DNA of 31,023 bases, taken from an uncultured virus (IMG/VR IMGVR_UViG_3300011725_000001) (Duplodnaviria > Heunggongvirae > Uroviricota > Caudoviricetes). Made by a program: the position numbers and the translations under genes. The notes beneath the pieces are model-generated. The model was not told the DNA's origin. It made no database searches and was given only the letters and a program-made list of their open reading frames with translations. Each line of letters opens with the position of its first letter. Position 1 is the first letter of the stretch. Of the stretch, positions 16,897 to 25,336 are shown piece after piece. The DNA is taken from positions 62,001 through 93,023 of the IMG/VR virus record IMGVR_UViG_3300011725_000001; one strand, written 5' to 3'.

Positions 16897-17354
16897 TGTC
16901 TGTTACCGGCAATGTCGTCAGCTTCTTCGTCGCAGTGGCGACCGCACACGACGTCTCTAATCCTATCGGCACCTATTCCAACGGCTCTTACGTTGACTCC
17001 TGCACCGGACATTACTGGGGCGAGGAGATATTCAGGCACCCCAAAACCATTGCCAGCCTGGCGAAGTATGGCGCGATTGAGTACGCCCGCTGCCAGGACC
17101 GGGGCGAAACAATACGTTTTGAGGATCGGCGCGAAGTGCTGGACGAGTTTGCCCGCGGCTACAGCGATGCTGAGGACGGCTTGTGCACCGAGGAAGGGGC
17201 GATTGATTCCGCCGTTCCGCATGCCTATCTGTCAGGCGCGCAGCACTGCCGCAAACGCATAAAGCTGGGGGGCATGGCCTACCGTCTGGATCAGGGGCGC
17301 GTGTGTCATGGCGTGGAGTGTGCTGATACGGGCGAGAAGTGGACGCAGGACTAA
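16896..17354 (+). CDS. hypothetical phage protein
   Basis: 152 aa; coupled start; followed by hairpin 17361-17382. Confidence 0.7.
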   Translation: MSVTGNVVSFFVAVATAHDVSNPIGTYSNGSYVDSCTGHYWGEEIFRHPKTIASLAKYGAIEYARCQDRGETIRFEDRREVLDEFARGYSDAEDGLCTEEGAIDSAVPHAYLSGAQHCRKRIKLGGMAYRLDQGRVCHGVECADTGEKWTQD

Positions 17355-17360
17355 AGAAAA

Positions 17361-17382
17361 AGGGAGCCATCGCTGGCTCCCT
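17361..17382. terminator. hairpin / terminator
   Basis: AGGGAGCCA-TCGC-TGGCTCCCT. Confidence 0.55.
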
Positions 17383-17460
17383 GATTCCGTTCAATCGGGT
17401 TTACTCATAACCATTGGGTTTTGGATTCTGAAATAAACCATTGGCAAGGATAACAGAACT

Positions 17461-17937
17461 TTGAGCAGACTTTTAACTAAATTAGGTATTTTTCGCGCCA
17501 GGTACCCGGAAACCGCTTCCGCTATTCTGGCGCTGCTGACCGTGAAGCCATCAGCCCTGCGCCGGGGCATTACCGCCGCCCTGCCCGCTGAGACGTCCGC
17601 CTGCGCTATCCGCGAGTCGCTGGCCGATCTGATGGATATCGGCCTGATCAAACTGTCGCCGGAGAAAAGCTATCGCCTGGCGCGCCCCGTGAAATTTATT
17701 GCGTCCCTTGCGCCGGTCCGCATGTCCAAGATGGAAAACAACATTCTCGCCCTGCTCAACCAGAAAAACGTCATTACTGCATCAGACGTTTTCAACGAGT
17801 ACGGCGTGATCCGCGCGCAGTTTCTTAAACCCGTCCGCCGCCTGATTGAGCGCGGGCTGGTGGAGTTTCACGACGTGCCGCTTGCGCCTCTTTCGACAAG
17901 CTACCGCCGTCACTACACCTTCAAAAATCCGGAGTAA
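17461..17937 (+). CDS. mat: Mat-like maturation control protein (tandem winged helix)
   Basis: 158 aa with two wHTH-like repeats, ITASDV and terminal YTF resembling recalled P1 Mat; syntenic after cre. Confidence 0.55.
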   Translation: MSRLLTKLGIFRARYPETASAILALLTVKPSALRRGITAALPAETSACAIRESLADLMDIGLIKLSPEKSYRLARPVKFIASLAPVRMSKMENNILALLNQKNVITASDVFNEYGVIRAQFLKPVRRLIERGLVEFHDVPLAPLSTSYRRHYTFKNPE

Positions 17938-17940
17938 GTC

Positions 17941-18585
17941 ATGCCTGAAGTAAAGATTAAACGCCTCACCCCTGATGCCGTCCTGCCTTTCCGTGGCTCA
18001 AAAGGCGCTGCAGCGTGGGATATCACCGCGCTGGACGTGAAACTCAACGTTGTACAGACGCAGGGCGGCGCCCGTCAGCCGCGCGCATGGTGGATCACTA
18101 CCGGGCTGGCCGTGGAGATCCCCGAAGGCTACTGCATGAAGATTTACGCGCGTTCCGGGCTGGGTACCGCTAACTTCCTGCGCCCGTCTAACTGCGTGGC
18201 CATCATCGACAGCGACTACCGTGGTGAGATCAAGCTGCGCATGATTGCTGATGAAGGCGGTCTGGCCATCGAGCCGAAGGCAGGTATGGTTATTGCGCAG
18301 GCCGTGATTGAGAAGGTGGAGCCAGTCACCTGGACAGAAGTTGATGAACTGTCCGAAACCGACCGCGGCGACAACGGCTTTGGCTCCACCACCCCGGCGG
18401 AAACCGATCCGACGCCTGCTGCCGACAGCACGCCGGCCGACGACACCACCGCAACGGTTTCGCAGGAGCCAGCGCCAATTGACGTGCCGGTCACGTCGCA
18501 GGATGCCCCTGCAGAGTCGTCGGATGCTGAGCCAGCTGAAGAGACCAAAAACACCACGACCACCAAGAAAACCACCAGCAAGTAA
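17941..18585 (+). CDS. dut: trimeric dUTPase with long disordered C-terminal tail
   Basis: Five motifs AAAWD, ARSG, IIDSDYRGEI, IAQ, RGDNGFGST; then about 60 aa rich in P/T/A/D/E. Confidence 0.92.
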   Translation: MPEVKIKRLTPDAVLPFRGSKGAAAWDITALDVKLNVVQTQGGARQPRAWWITTGLAVEIPEGYCMKIYARSGLGTANFLRPSNCVAIIDSDYRGEIKLRMIADEGGLAIEPKAGMVIAQAVIEKVEPVTWTEVDELSETDRGDNGFGSTTPAETDPTPAADSTPADDTTATVSQEPAPIDVPVTSQDAPAESSDAEPAEETKNTTTTKKTTSK

Positions 18586-18594
18586 GGCCAGACC

Positions 18595-19395
18595 ATGACC
18601 AAATATATTCTCAGCAGCAAAACGTCCATTGAGCTTAACGAGAAAGGCGAGATCAGCCCTGCCGATCTGGAAATCGCCCTGCTGGCCACGATGGGTTTTA
18701 CGCCGCAGAACGTTGGAGGCGTTACCGTCTGGAGCCATGAGAATGACGACAAATCGTTCTGGCTGGCGCATGAGCAGTCGCTGACGGCGGACGACGAAGA
18801 ACGCGCCGCAGCGGTGAAAGCCATCAATGAGAAAACGGGCGCCCACCTGCTGATGCCGTCAATGGATCATAGCTTTGCGCAGCATCTCATGAGCCAGCTG
18901 CCAATGAACGTAACCGGCGAAGCGTTTGTGTCGGGCTCCCTGACGGGCCAGTGGCGCGCGGAGACCGTTTCCCGCTTTAACCCGTATGACGTGCAGAGCC
19001 ACGGCCTGCTGGTAAACAGGCAGCAGCACGTCAGCTGCGCGTCGCAGTCCCTGCCGCTGGCGGTTGCCCTGCTGTTCCTGCAGGTCCTGGGTGTGGGCCA
19101 GCGTGCTTACGTGTTGTTCCCTGCCGGCGCGGACGCGCAGGGGCAGCTGGTCTACCTGACTCCGGATAACGAAAAGAACATGCTGCAGTTCGTGCCGGAA
19201 CTCGACCGTCACCGCATGGAAGGCCTGGATAAATATGCTGTAGTAGGTATGGATCAGGATCTGGTGCAGGAAGCGGTTGAAAAAGCGCAGCTGCTGCGCA
19301 CGATTGCACTGGGAAAAGCGAAAACTGACGCCCCACAGCCTGAGCCGGAGCTGGTGGCCGCAGCGGCAGAGGCTGCGCCGGCGACAGCGGAATAA
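18595..19395 (+). CDS. hypothetical phage protein, N-terminal NinX/ABA-sandwich-like region
   Basis: 266 aa in operon; PSMD...WRA...SLPLAVALLFLQVLG pattern. Confidence 0.65.
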   Translation: MTKYILSSKTSIELNEKGEISPADLEIALLATMGFTPQNVGGVTVWSHENDDKSFWLAHEQSLTADDEERAAAVKAINEKTGAHLLMPSMDHSFAQHLMSQLPMNVTGEAFVSGSLTGQWRAETVSRFNPYDVQSHGLLVNRQQHVSCASQSLPLAVALLFLQVLGVGQRAYVLFPAGADAQGQLVYLTPDNEKNMLQFVPELDRHRMEGLDKYAVVGMDQDLVQEAVEKAQLLRTIALGKAKTDAPQPEPELVAAAAEAAPATAE

Positions 19396-19512
19396 GCGCC
19401 GGTAACGCTGACCAGCATCAGGAATTGTGCGGAGCTGGGGTAAATTAACCACCCCACTATCTAAATTATATGCGATTATAGCATTTGATTAAGTGACCCA
19501 TGCAGCCTTGCC

Positions 19513-19540
19513 AAAAGCCCCGTAACAGGGGCTTTTTTTT
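19513..19540 (+). terminator. Rho-independent terminator
   Basis: AAAAGCCCC-GTAACA-GGGGCTTTTTTTT. Confidence 0.85.
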
Positions 19541-19799
19541 ATTCGTTTTTGGCTATTGGTTGCAGGGAGATCTCACTGCCTGGTTACGCTAAAACGAGCC
19601 TGTAAACATACACCAGCAGCAGCATCAAAATCTGCGTTTTCCCAATAACCATAAGGCTTTTTGCGCCTCTCTGATTGCAGATTGCCACCATGCGCAGTAG
19701 ATTTAGTGAACGGGTGATGTTTTCGTCAGCTGTCTTTATCAGCTCATTAGATTGAGTGTCTGCCAGGCAATACATGCGTATTTCGGCTAAGGTGGGAAA

Positions 19800-20171
19800 A
19801 TGTTACATAGCGAGGCTAAAACGAAAGGCCAGCGTTCAATTCATTCGATTATGGGTAACACCAGCGTAATCGACACGATTGAGCCTGAGCGCTCTCGGTT
19901 CTCTGACACTATTGAAGTGCGCAGAATGCTTAGCCGTTCTCACAAAGAATCTCAGCACTTCATCGTAACCTTACTGAGTGACGTAAATCGCGCTCAGGGT
20001 ACAGAGGTTGTTAAGCCCTTTGCCGAACTGGCTATACGCGGCGACAAACTTCGTTTTACCCTGAAGCCGCAAAAGCAGTACCCAGACCTGTGCGTGAACG
20101 ATGATATTCTTCACATGATTGAGCGTTCAGTTGCCGCGTTTATGCAGAGCTGTTTTCATAAGACGATATAA
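19800..20171 (+). CDS. hypothetical protein
   Basis: 123 aa with AAGGTGG upstream. Confidence 0.6.
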   Translation: MLHSEAKTKGQRSIHSIMGNTSVIDTIEPERSRFSDTIEVRRMLSRSHKESQHFIVTLLSDVNRAQGTEVVKPFAELAIRGDKLRFTLKPQKQYPDLCVNDDILHMIERSVAAFMQSCFHKTI

Positions 20172-20252
20172 AAAGCTGCAATCATATAGTCTTAATCGTT
20201 TCCCGGTAATAAACCCGCTTATGCGTGTTTTTTGCCATACAGCTGCCGCCTG

Positions 20253-20684
20253 TTACTCACTACAGCTTATACACTGATTACAGTGAACGTTACCGCCGGA
20301 CTGCAGGCGGCTAACTTCTGTCCGTAGCGTGTCACACTCTTTCTGTGCGTCCACCAGCCGCTGTGAGAGCATCATCAGGCCATTATGGTGCGTGTACTCC
20401 GCCAGTTGCGTCTCCGCTTTATCCAGTTTCTCCTGCTGTTCGGTCCACTGCTGCGCGTGCCGGCGCGTTACCGCATCGATAAACATCTCCGCTGCAGCGT
20501 CAGGATCGCCCTCAAACGTCACCGTTCCGTTATTCACTGTAAGCTGCGCCCGCGTGCCGTCGTTGCCGATTAACGTCATCACCAGCGGCATCGGGACGAG
20601 TGGATAAGACAGGCAGACGTTCTCTCTGACGGAAAGCGTTTCGCCGGCGACGACTGGTACGGGTGTGAAGGTTTCGTTTTTCAT
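20253..20684 (-). CDS. hypothetical phage protein with C-terminal coiled coil
   Basis: 143 aa, GAGG RBS. Confidence 0.65.
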   Translation of the reverse strand: MKNETFTPVPVVAGETLSVRENVCLSYPLVPMPLVMTLIGNDGTRAQLTVNNGTVTFEGDPDAAAEMFIDAVTRRHAQQWTEQQEKLDKAETQLAEYTHHNGLMMLSQRLVDAQKECDTLRTEVSRLQSGGNVHCNQCISCSE

Positions 20685-20846
20685 GCTGGTGGCCTCAGAG
20701 TCAAAGGAGCCAGGTTAAGCGGTTTGTAATTTAAACCGTGAGCGCGGTATCGCATTTATCTGAATTGAAAGGCTTTACTCTGTTCTCTCTCACCGCAACC
20801 GCGTATCGTGGCCGCGAGTGAGATAAAACCTCCGTTTGAATGACTT

Positions 20847-20869
20847 AACCCGCTCCGGCGGGTTTTTTT
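20847..20869 (+). terminator. terminator of candidate sRNA 1
   Basis: AACCCGC-TCCG-GCGGGTT followed by a T-run. Confidence 0.8.
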
Positions 20870-20912
20870 CTGCCTGTCATACGGGATTCACCGCTTCGGC
20901 TATACTTTATAC

Positions 20913-20972
20913 CGACTCCTAAAATAGTGACGAACTCCTAATCAGTTGGCCCGCTCCTGCGGGTCTTTTTTT
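20913..20972 (+). ncRNA. candidate ~60-nt sRNA
   Basis: CTATACT -10 element (20900-20906), two ACTCCTAA motifs, terminator GGCCCGC-TCCT-GCGGGTC-T7. Confidence 0.45.
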
Positions 20973-21140
20973 GCCTGCCATCCGGCGCCGGCGCAGCCTT
21001 CCCGGCAGTCAGTGATTTATGATTCAGTGCAGATAATATTCTTAATTTAAGACTAATGTCTTGTCTGTACTATGCCGCTACGCTTGCAGGAGACGCTTTG
21101 CAGGCGTGTTACGAGATTTGCACCTTTTGATTCGTCTGGC

Positions 21141-21163
21141 CCGCCCTGCGCGGGCGGTTTTTT
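21141..21163 (+). terminator. terminator of candidate sRNA 3
   Basis: CCGCCC-TGCGC-GGGCGG-T6. Confidence 0.75.
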
Positions 21164-21357
21164 AAGCCGTTCCGCATCCGCCCAGGGTGAGCACGCGCAC
21201 CGCACCGATCCACCAGCACCAGTCGCATCTGGAATTAACATCACGCCCGTTATTATCACTGCTTCCATCGCTATTTGTGCTGGAAAAACAATCACTTTCC
21301 CTTTCTGCAGCTTCGCCTATGCTGGCTGTTCGCAAGTTCTACACAGAGGGAATTGAG

Positions 21358-21714
21358 ATGTTTATTATACCCGCATCCTACAGTGCAGAATCAGTACAGC
21401 AGTTACATGAAATTATCGACACGTTGAGCCTCAACGGCGCGCGCTGTCACGTTATCTATAACAGCACGGCACCCGGCGCCGCCGTAATTGAGATGGACGC
21501 CACGCAGACGGACGGCAGGACGGGCCACCGGACGCTGGCGGTGCTGGAACTGGAGCGCGTGAGCGGCATAAATACCATGCTGCGCATAAAGTCGTTCTGG
21601 GCCGATCCGGATAGGGTGCAGTCAGGAGCGGGCTACGTGGAGCCTGCAAGCCTGGCTAAAGCGCTCTATGACGCGCTGGCGGCAAAGAAACATATCACGC
21701 TGGTGGGGCTATAA
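21358..21714 (+). CDS. hypothetical protein (118 aa)
   Basis: ATG at 21358 after GAGGG; in frame with the track ORF. Confidence 0.65.
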   Translation: MFIIPASYSAESVQQLHEIIDTLSLNGARCHVIYNSTAPGAAVIEMDATQTDGRTGHRTLAVLELERVSGINTMLRIKSFWADPDRVQSGAGYVEPASLAKALYDALAAKKHITLVGL

Positions 21715-21787
21715 TCAGATAGCATATGCTGAGACAAAACAGCAAAAGCCTGCAGGGTGCGGGCTCTTTAAATTTCAGGAGCAATGC

Positions 21788-22195
21788 GTGATATCTGTTA
21801 AATCAGTGGGGCAGATCGCTATGCTGGTGGTTTTGGGTAGCCTGGCTACGGGCTGCACGGCGTTACATCCTTCTGATTGCCATAAGACAACGGCATTAGG
21901 CGGCTGTGGTTCCGGTACCTGGAATGACAAAGATGAATGGGGCGCGCAGGCGCGTGCAATCAGGAACGCTATCAACGCTAATGTTACTGATCCGCAAAAG
22001 TGGAAAGGGAAATATTGCCGGGTATATCTGGAATTTAAGCAGGACGGCACTGTTACAAGCGTCAGAACCAGTGAAGGCAATCCGGCCTATTGCGAGGCTT
22101 TAAAATCAGCGGTTCGCAATGCCACTTTCCCCGCTTTCAGGAACCCGGCGGTTTATCATGATTTTGAAAAATCCCGCTTTGAGATGAAAGGATAG
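21788..22195 (+). CDS. lipoprotein with TolA C-terminal-like domain
   Basis: GTG start after AGGAG; lipobox LATGC; WKGKYC...DG.V..V...EGNPAYCEA resembles TolA domain III. Confidence 0.75.
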   Translation: MISVKSVGQIAMLVVLGSLATGCTALHPSDCHKTTALGGCGSGTWNDKDEWGAQARAIRNAINANVTDPQKWKGKYCRVYLEFKQDGTVTSVRTSEGNPAYCEALKSAVRNATFPAFRNPAVYHDFEKSRFEMKG

Positions 22196-22222
22196 TTCTT
22201 CGCTGGTGGGATCGTAATGCAG

Positions 22223-22246
22223 AAAAAAGCCCGCTCGATGCGGGCT
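22223..22246 (-). terminator. terminator for the MqsA-like gene (likely bidirectional)
   Basis: AAAAAAGCCCGC-TCGAT-GCGGGCT. Confidence 0.7.
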
Positions 22247-22252
22247 GTTGGG

Positions 22253-22459
22253 TCAATGATTGTGTGCCGCTGCAGCTTCCAGCGCGCTGATCTTTCGCAT
22301 GAAAGAATCGGCCTCTGACATATCCACGATCACCTCTCCGCAGGCCAGGCAATGACTCCCTTTCACATCCTCTACAATGTCATCCGGGTTGCCCGTATTC
22401 AGCTGGACGTCGCGTGTGTCATAAACAAAAGCCTCTGCACCGCATGTCGGACATTTCAT
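22253..22459 (-). CDS. MqsA/YgiT-type zinc-finger domain only (no HTH, no toxin gene)
   Basis: MKCPTCG...HCLACGEVI; 68 aa; AGGAG RBS. Confidence 0.75.
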   Translation of the reverse strand: MKCPTCGAEAFVYDTRDVQLNTGNPDDIVEDVKGSHCLACGEVIVDMSEADSFMRKISALEAAAAHNH

Positions 22460-22755
22460 CGCTTACTCCTTTGTTGAGCCTGTCCACTAAGTATAGCTGA
22501 CAGGCTTGAAGCCATGCGGCACATGCATTCCAGCGTATTTAACTCAACTGAGCAACTTTCCCAGCACTATCGCACTATCGATTTTTTCATAACTAATAAG
22601 AAACCATCTGCTACAGTTACCCTACAGCTTGTCTCGTTTACTTACGCAGCGTTTGTGCACCTACACAGACTGTATAGCTACTCATACATTGGTAGACTAT
22701 TTACTATACGAACGCTATACTGGCCAACTTATCGAAGTTCTCTGGAGAATGCTCA

Positions 22756-22965
22756 ATGGCTAACCAACCCACTCGAAGCGATGAAACTGTTACTGTAAAA
22801 ATTCGCGGCGGAAGGTCTGGTTCTCACAATGTAAGCCGCCGTTCTATTGCACAATCTGCTATGAATAACGCAAAAACATCGTTTGAAATTGAAGGTCACC
22901 GCTACAGCAATTCTGATTGGTCTAAAATCATGCGAATTGCTGGTCAGCTGGAAGCCGTCATTTAA
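22756..22965 (+). CDS. small VbhA/FicA-type antitoxin
   Basis: 69 aa with inhibitory motif SFEIEG, matching (S/T)xxxE(G/N); GGAG RBS; convergent with the Fic gene. Confidence 0.65.
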   Translation: MANQPTRSDETVTVKIRGGRSGSHNVSRRSIAQSAMNNAKTSFEIEGHRYSNSDWSKIMRIAGQLEAVI

Positions 22966-22969
22966 CCCA

Positions 22970-23998
22970 TCAACGCTTTGGTTCGATCAATGCTTTGTCC
23001 AGTAAGGCTGTCAGTTTATTAGGGTACCCCTGGACAGCCTTCCATACCGCAAAGTGATAGTACCTTTTCTTCCTCGCGCTATTCATAGATGCAGTCAGAT
23101 CAAAACCATAACCCCTCGTTTTAGCCACTATCTCTAAGTAAAGCCTCATCGTTCGGCCATTCCCATCTTCAAAAGGATGTATCCACGCAAGCTCTTTATG
23201 AGCAAAGACTAACGCGTTTAACATGAGCACCCTGTTTTTACCGACTTTAGGTAAATACTTGGTACTAAAGGCATGGCAAAAGTCTTGCATTGCTTCTGGA
23301 ACTTTAGAGGGATGCATTGTTGGGTGAGAACGACTTCCTATAACTAGCTCATGGGTTCGGTATTCACCTGCCCATGAATATATTCCTCTGAATAGCGCGT
23401 GATGACATTCGCAAAATGCTTTCTCTCCCATATGAAGATTCTGATTTGTTAAGTACCTGATTATAAGCCTATAGCTTCTTATAGGTGCAAAGATCTCTTC
23501 AATTTTGTCGAGTTCGTCCTGATAGACAGCGTAAACTTGATTTGGGATAGCATACGACCGTTCTTCCAAGTTGTTTGAAGCAAGAAAAAAATTGTCTGGC
23601 TTGTATTCTGCCCAAGTTTCAAAAACTTTTGATTGATGGTGGTTAGGGTGTAGCCGAAGCCAAACTTTGCCAAATTCTTTTTTAATACCTATGACTGTTG
23701 CACATACCAGCGGTTGTATAATCCTGCCAAAGAAGTAAACAACAGAGTCTCCCATTTGGATTTCTTCTCTGTTTGTATCAAAATAAGGATTTTTATATCT
23801 TTCAAGATGCGCAATAGAAGGTACGGGGAAATGTACTTTAGAACCGATAATCAGTTCTTCCCGTTTTTTATTCCAGTAAATGTGAGTTTTACCATGTTTT
23901 GATGGTGTAGTTTTTAGATGAACAATTTTATATTTTTTGAAAAAAGGGTCATTAAGATGTACGACATTATCTGGAGTTCTTATGCGTTTTTTCATCAA
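22970..23998 (-). CDS. Fic-domain AMPylase with extra N-terminal domain
   Basis: Canonical HPFEDGNGRTMR and WAGEYRT; AT-rich. Confidence 0.88.
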   Translation of the reverse strand: MMKKRIRTPDNVVHLNDPFFKKYKIVHLKTTPSKHGKTHIYWNKKREELIIGSKVHFPVPSIAHLERYKNPYFDTNREEIQMGDSVVYFFGRIIQPLVCATVIGIKKEFGKVWLRLHPNHHQSKVFETWAEYKPDNFFLASNNLEERSYAIPNQVYAVYQDELDKIEEIFAPIRSYRLIIRYLTNQNLHMGEKAFCECHHALFRGIYSWAGEYRTHELVIGSRSHPTMHPSKVPEAMQDFCHAFSTKYLPKVGKNRVLMLNALVFAHKELAWIHPFEDGNGRTMRLYLEIVAKTRGYGFDLTASMNSARKKRYYHFAVWKAVQGYPNKLTALLDKALIEPKR

Positions 23999-24115
23999 TC
24001 AACATCCTTTGTTCTGACTAAACTGATAAAAGCCTGCATGTTGCAGGCTTATGAATTTAAATAGACATGATCTTCTAGTAGAATTCAAGACATTCAGCGA
24101 CATTATTGCTTAAAG

Positions 24116-25195
24116 TCATTTTAGCCTGATATTGCTAGCTTTCTGATATACAGTAACTCGCCGGCGCGCTATCTTTTGGCCGATTGGCTCAATGTAGCGG
24201 TAGCTGAGCCAGCCCACCAGCAGTGCCAGCAGGACGTTGCATACGAAGAACGTCATACCCTGATCCGTGAAGGCTTTTGATAACCGGTCTTTAGTCACGA
24301 TGTGGATCAGGTATACGGAGAAGGAGATATCACCCAAGAATACCAGCCAGCGCGGCGTGATGCGCCCTAACCAGCTGTCGTTGAACGCCACAGCGGCCAG
24401 CAGCAGCGCCAGCACGGTCCCGGACGCCATCAGGCCATGCCCGATATGCTGATAGCTGATAATGTGCTGCACAAACAGGGCAACCGCTGCCAGCAGGAAC
24501 GGCACCCGCGTTGCAACCGGCAGGCGCGACATATGCGGATAGACCAGGCCAATCAGTACGCCCGCGGCAAACTGCCAGATAATCGGGTTGGTCATCAGGT
24601 TAATGTAGGCGTAACCCATATCGTAGCCATGCACCAGCAGCGTCGGCTGGTGGCCTGCTGCCATTGGTACCGCCACCAGCAACGCGCCCAGCATTGCGGC
24701 CAGCGCTACCCAGCGTGCGCGCACCAGCAGGCATACGGCCATCATCAGGTAAAACAGAAACTCATAGTTGAGCGTCCAGCGCACGCCCATAAATCCGCTG
24801 TCGTCCACGTAAAACGGCGCGTGCTGCGGCAGGTAGACGGAGAGCGTCGCCGCGCTAATCAGCGCCTGAGTCTTATCCGCATAGTGGAACGTCGCCATAG
24901 CGCCGCTTAACAGGAAGTTGATCAGCAGCAGGATGAAATAGGCGGGCAGCAGGCGCAGCGCGCGGCGTTTCAGGAAGTCACCCGCTGCCGCGAACCCTGT
25001 ATCCATGCGCGACACGGAGAGCGTGATAACAAAGCCACTGAGGATGAAAAACAGATCCACGCCAATAGCGCCGGTTGAAAGCACTTTGGTTAACGCCGGA
25101 TAGTGCGCTTTGATCTGATAGCGAAAATGAAAAGTTACGACGGCAAGGCAGGCAAGCCCGCGCAGCGCCTGAATAGATTTGAGCTGTTGTGTCAT
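24116..25195 (-). CDS. acyltransferase-3 (OafA-like) membrane O-acyltransferase
   Basis: LRGLA...H, GVDLFFILSGF, RRALRLLP, WTLNYEFLFY, LGDISFSVYLIH, SYRYIE. Confidence 0.9.
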   Translation of the reverse strand: MTQQLKSIQALRGLACLAVVTFHFRYQIKAHYPALTKVLSTGAIGVDLFFILSGFVITLSVSRMDTGFAAAGDFLKRRALRLLPAYFILLLINFLLSGAMATFHYADKTQALISAATLSVYLPQHAPFYVDDSGFMGVRWTLNYEFLFYLMMAVCLLVRARWVALAAMLGALLVAVPMAAGHQPTLLVHGYDMGYAYINLMTNPIIWQFAAGVLIGLVYPHMSRLPVATRVPFLLAAVALFVQHIISYQHIGHGLMASGTVLALLLAAVAFNDSWLGRITPRWLVFLGDISFSVYLIHIVTKDRLSKAFTDQGMTFFVCNVLLALLVGWLSYRYIEPIGQKIARRRVTVYQKASNIRLK

Positions 25196-25336
25196 AAGTC
25201 TGTATGAGGATTGTCTGATAAACGTAAAGATGGCCGCATTCTAGGGATGTGCTATCCCAAGAGCAACCATGGAAAAGGCGCACCAAGCGCCTATTTAATA
25301 ACGGGGAGTTACTTTATTCAAAGGTTATGCTGGTAG

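Noticed and set aside
272..19457. Long antisense ORFs (272-1204, 12816-13742, 15855-16487, 17998-18846 and others)
   Set aside because: Shadows of well-supported genes on the opposite strand
25305..25313. GAGTTACTT resembling the P1 late operator
   Set aside because: No properly spaced -10 element and no late gene downstream
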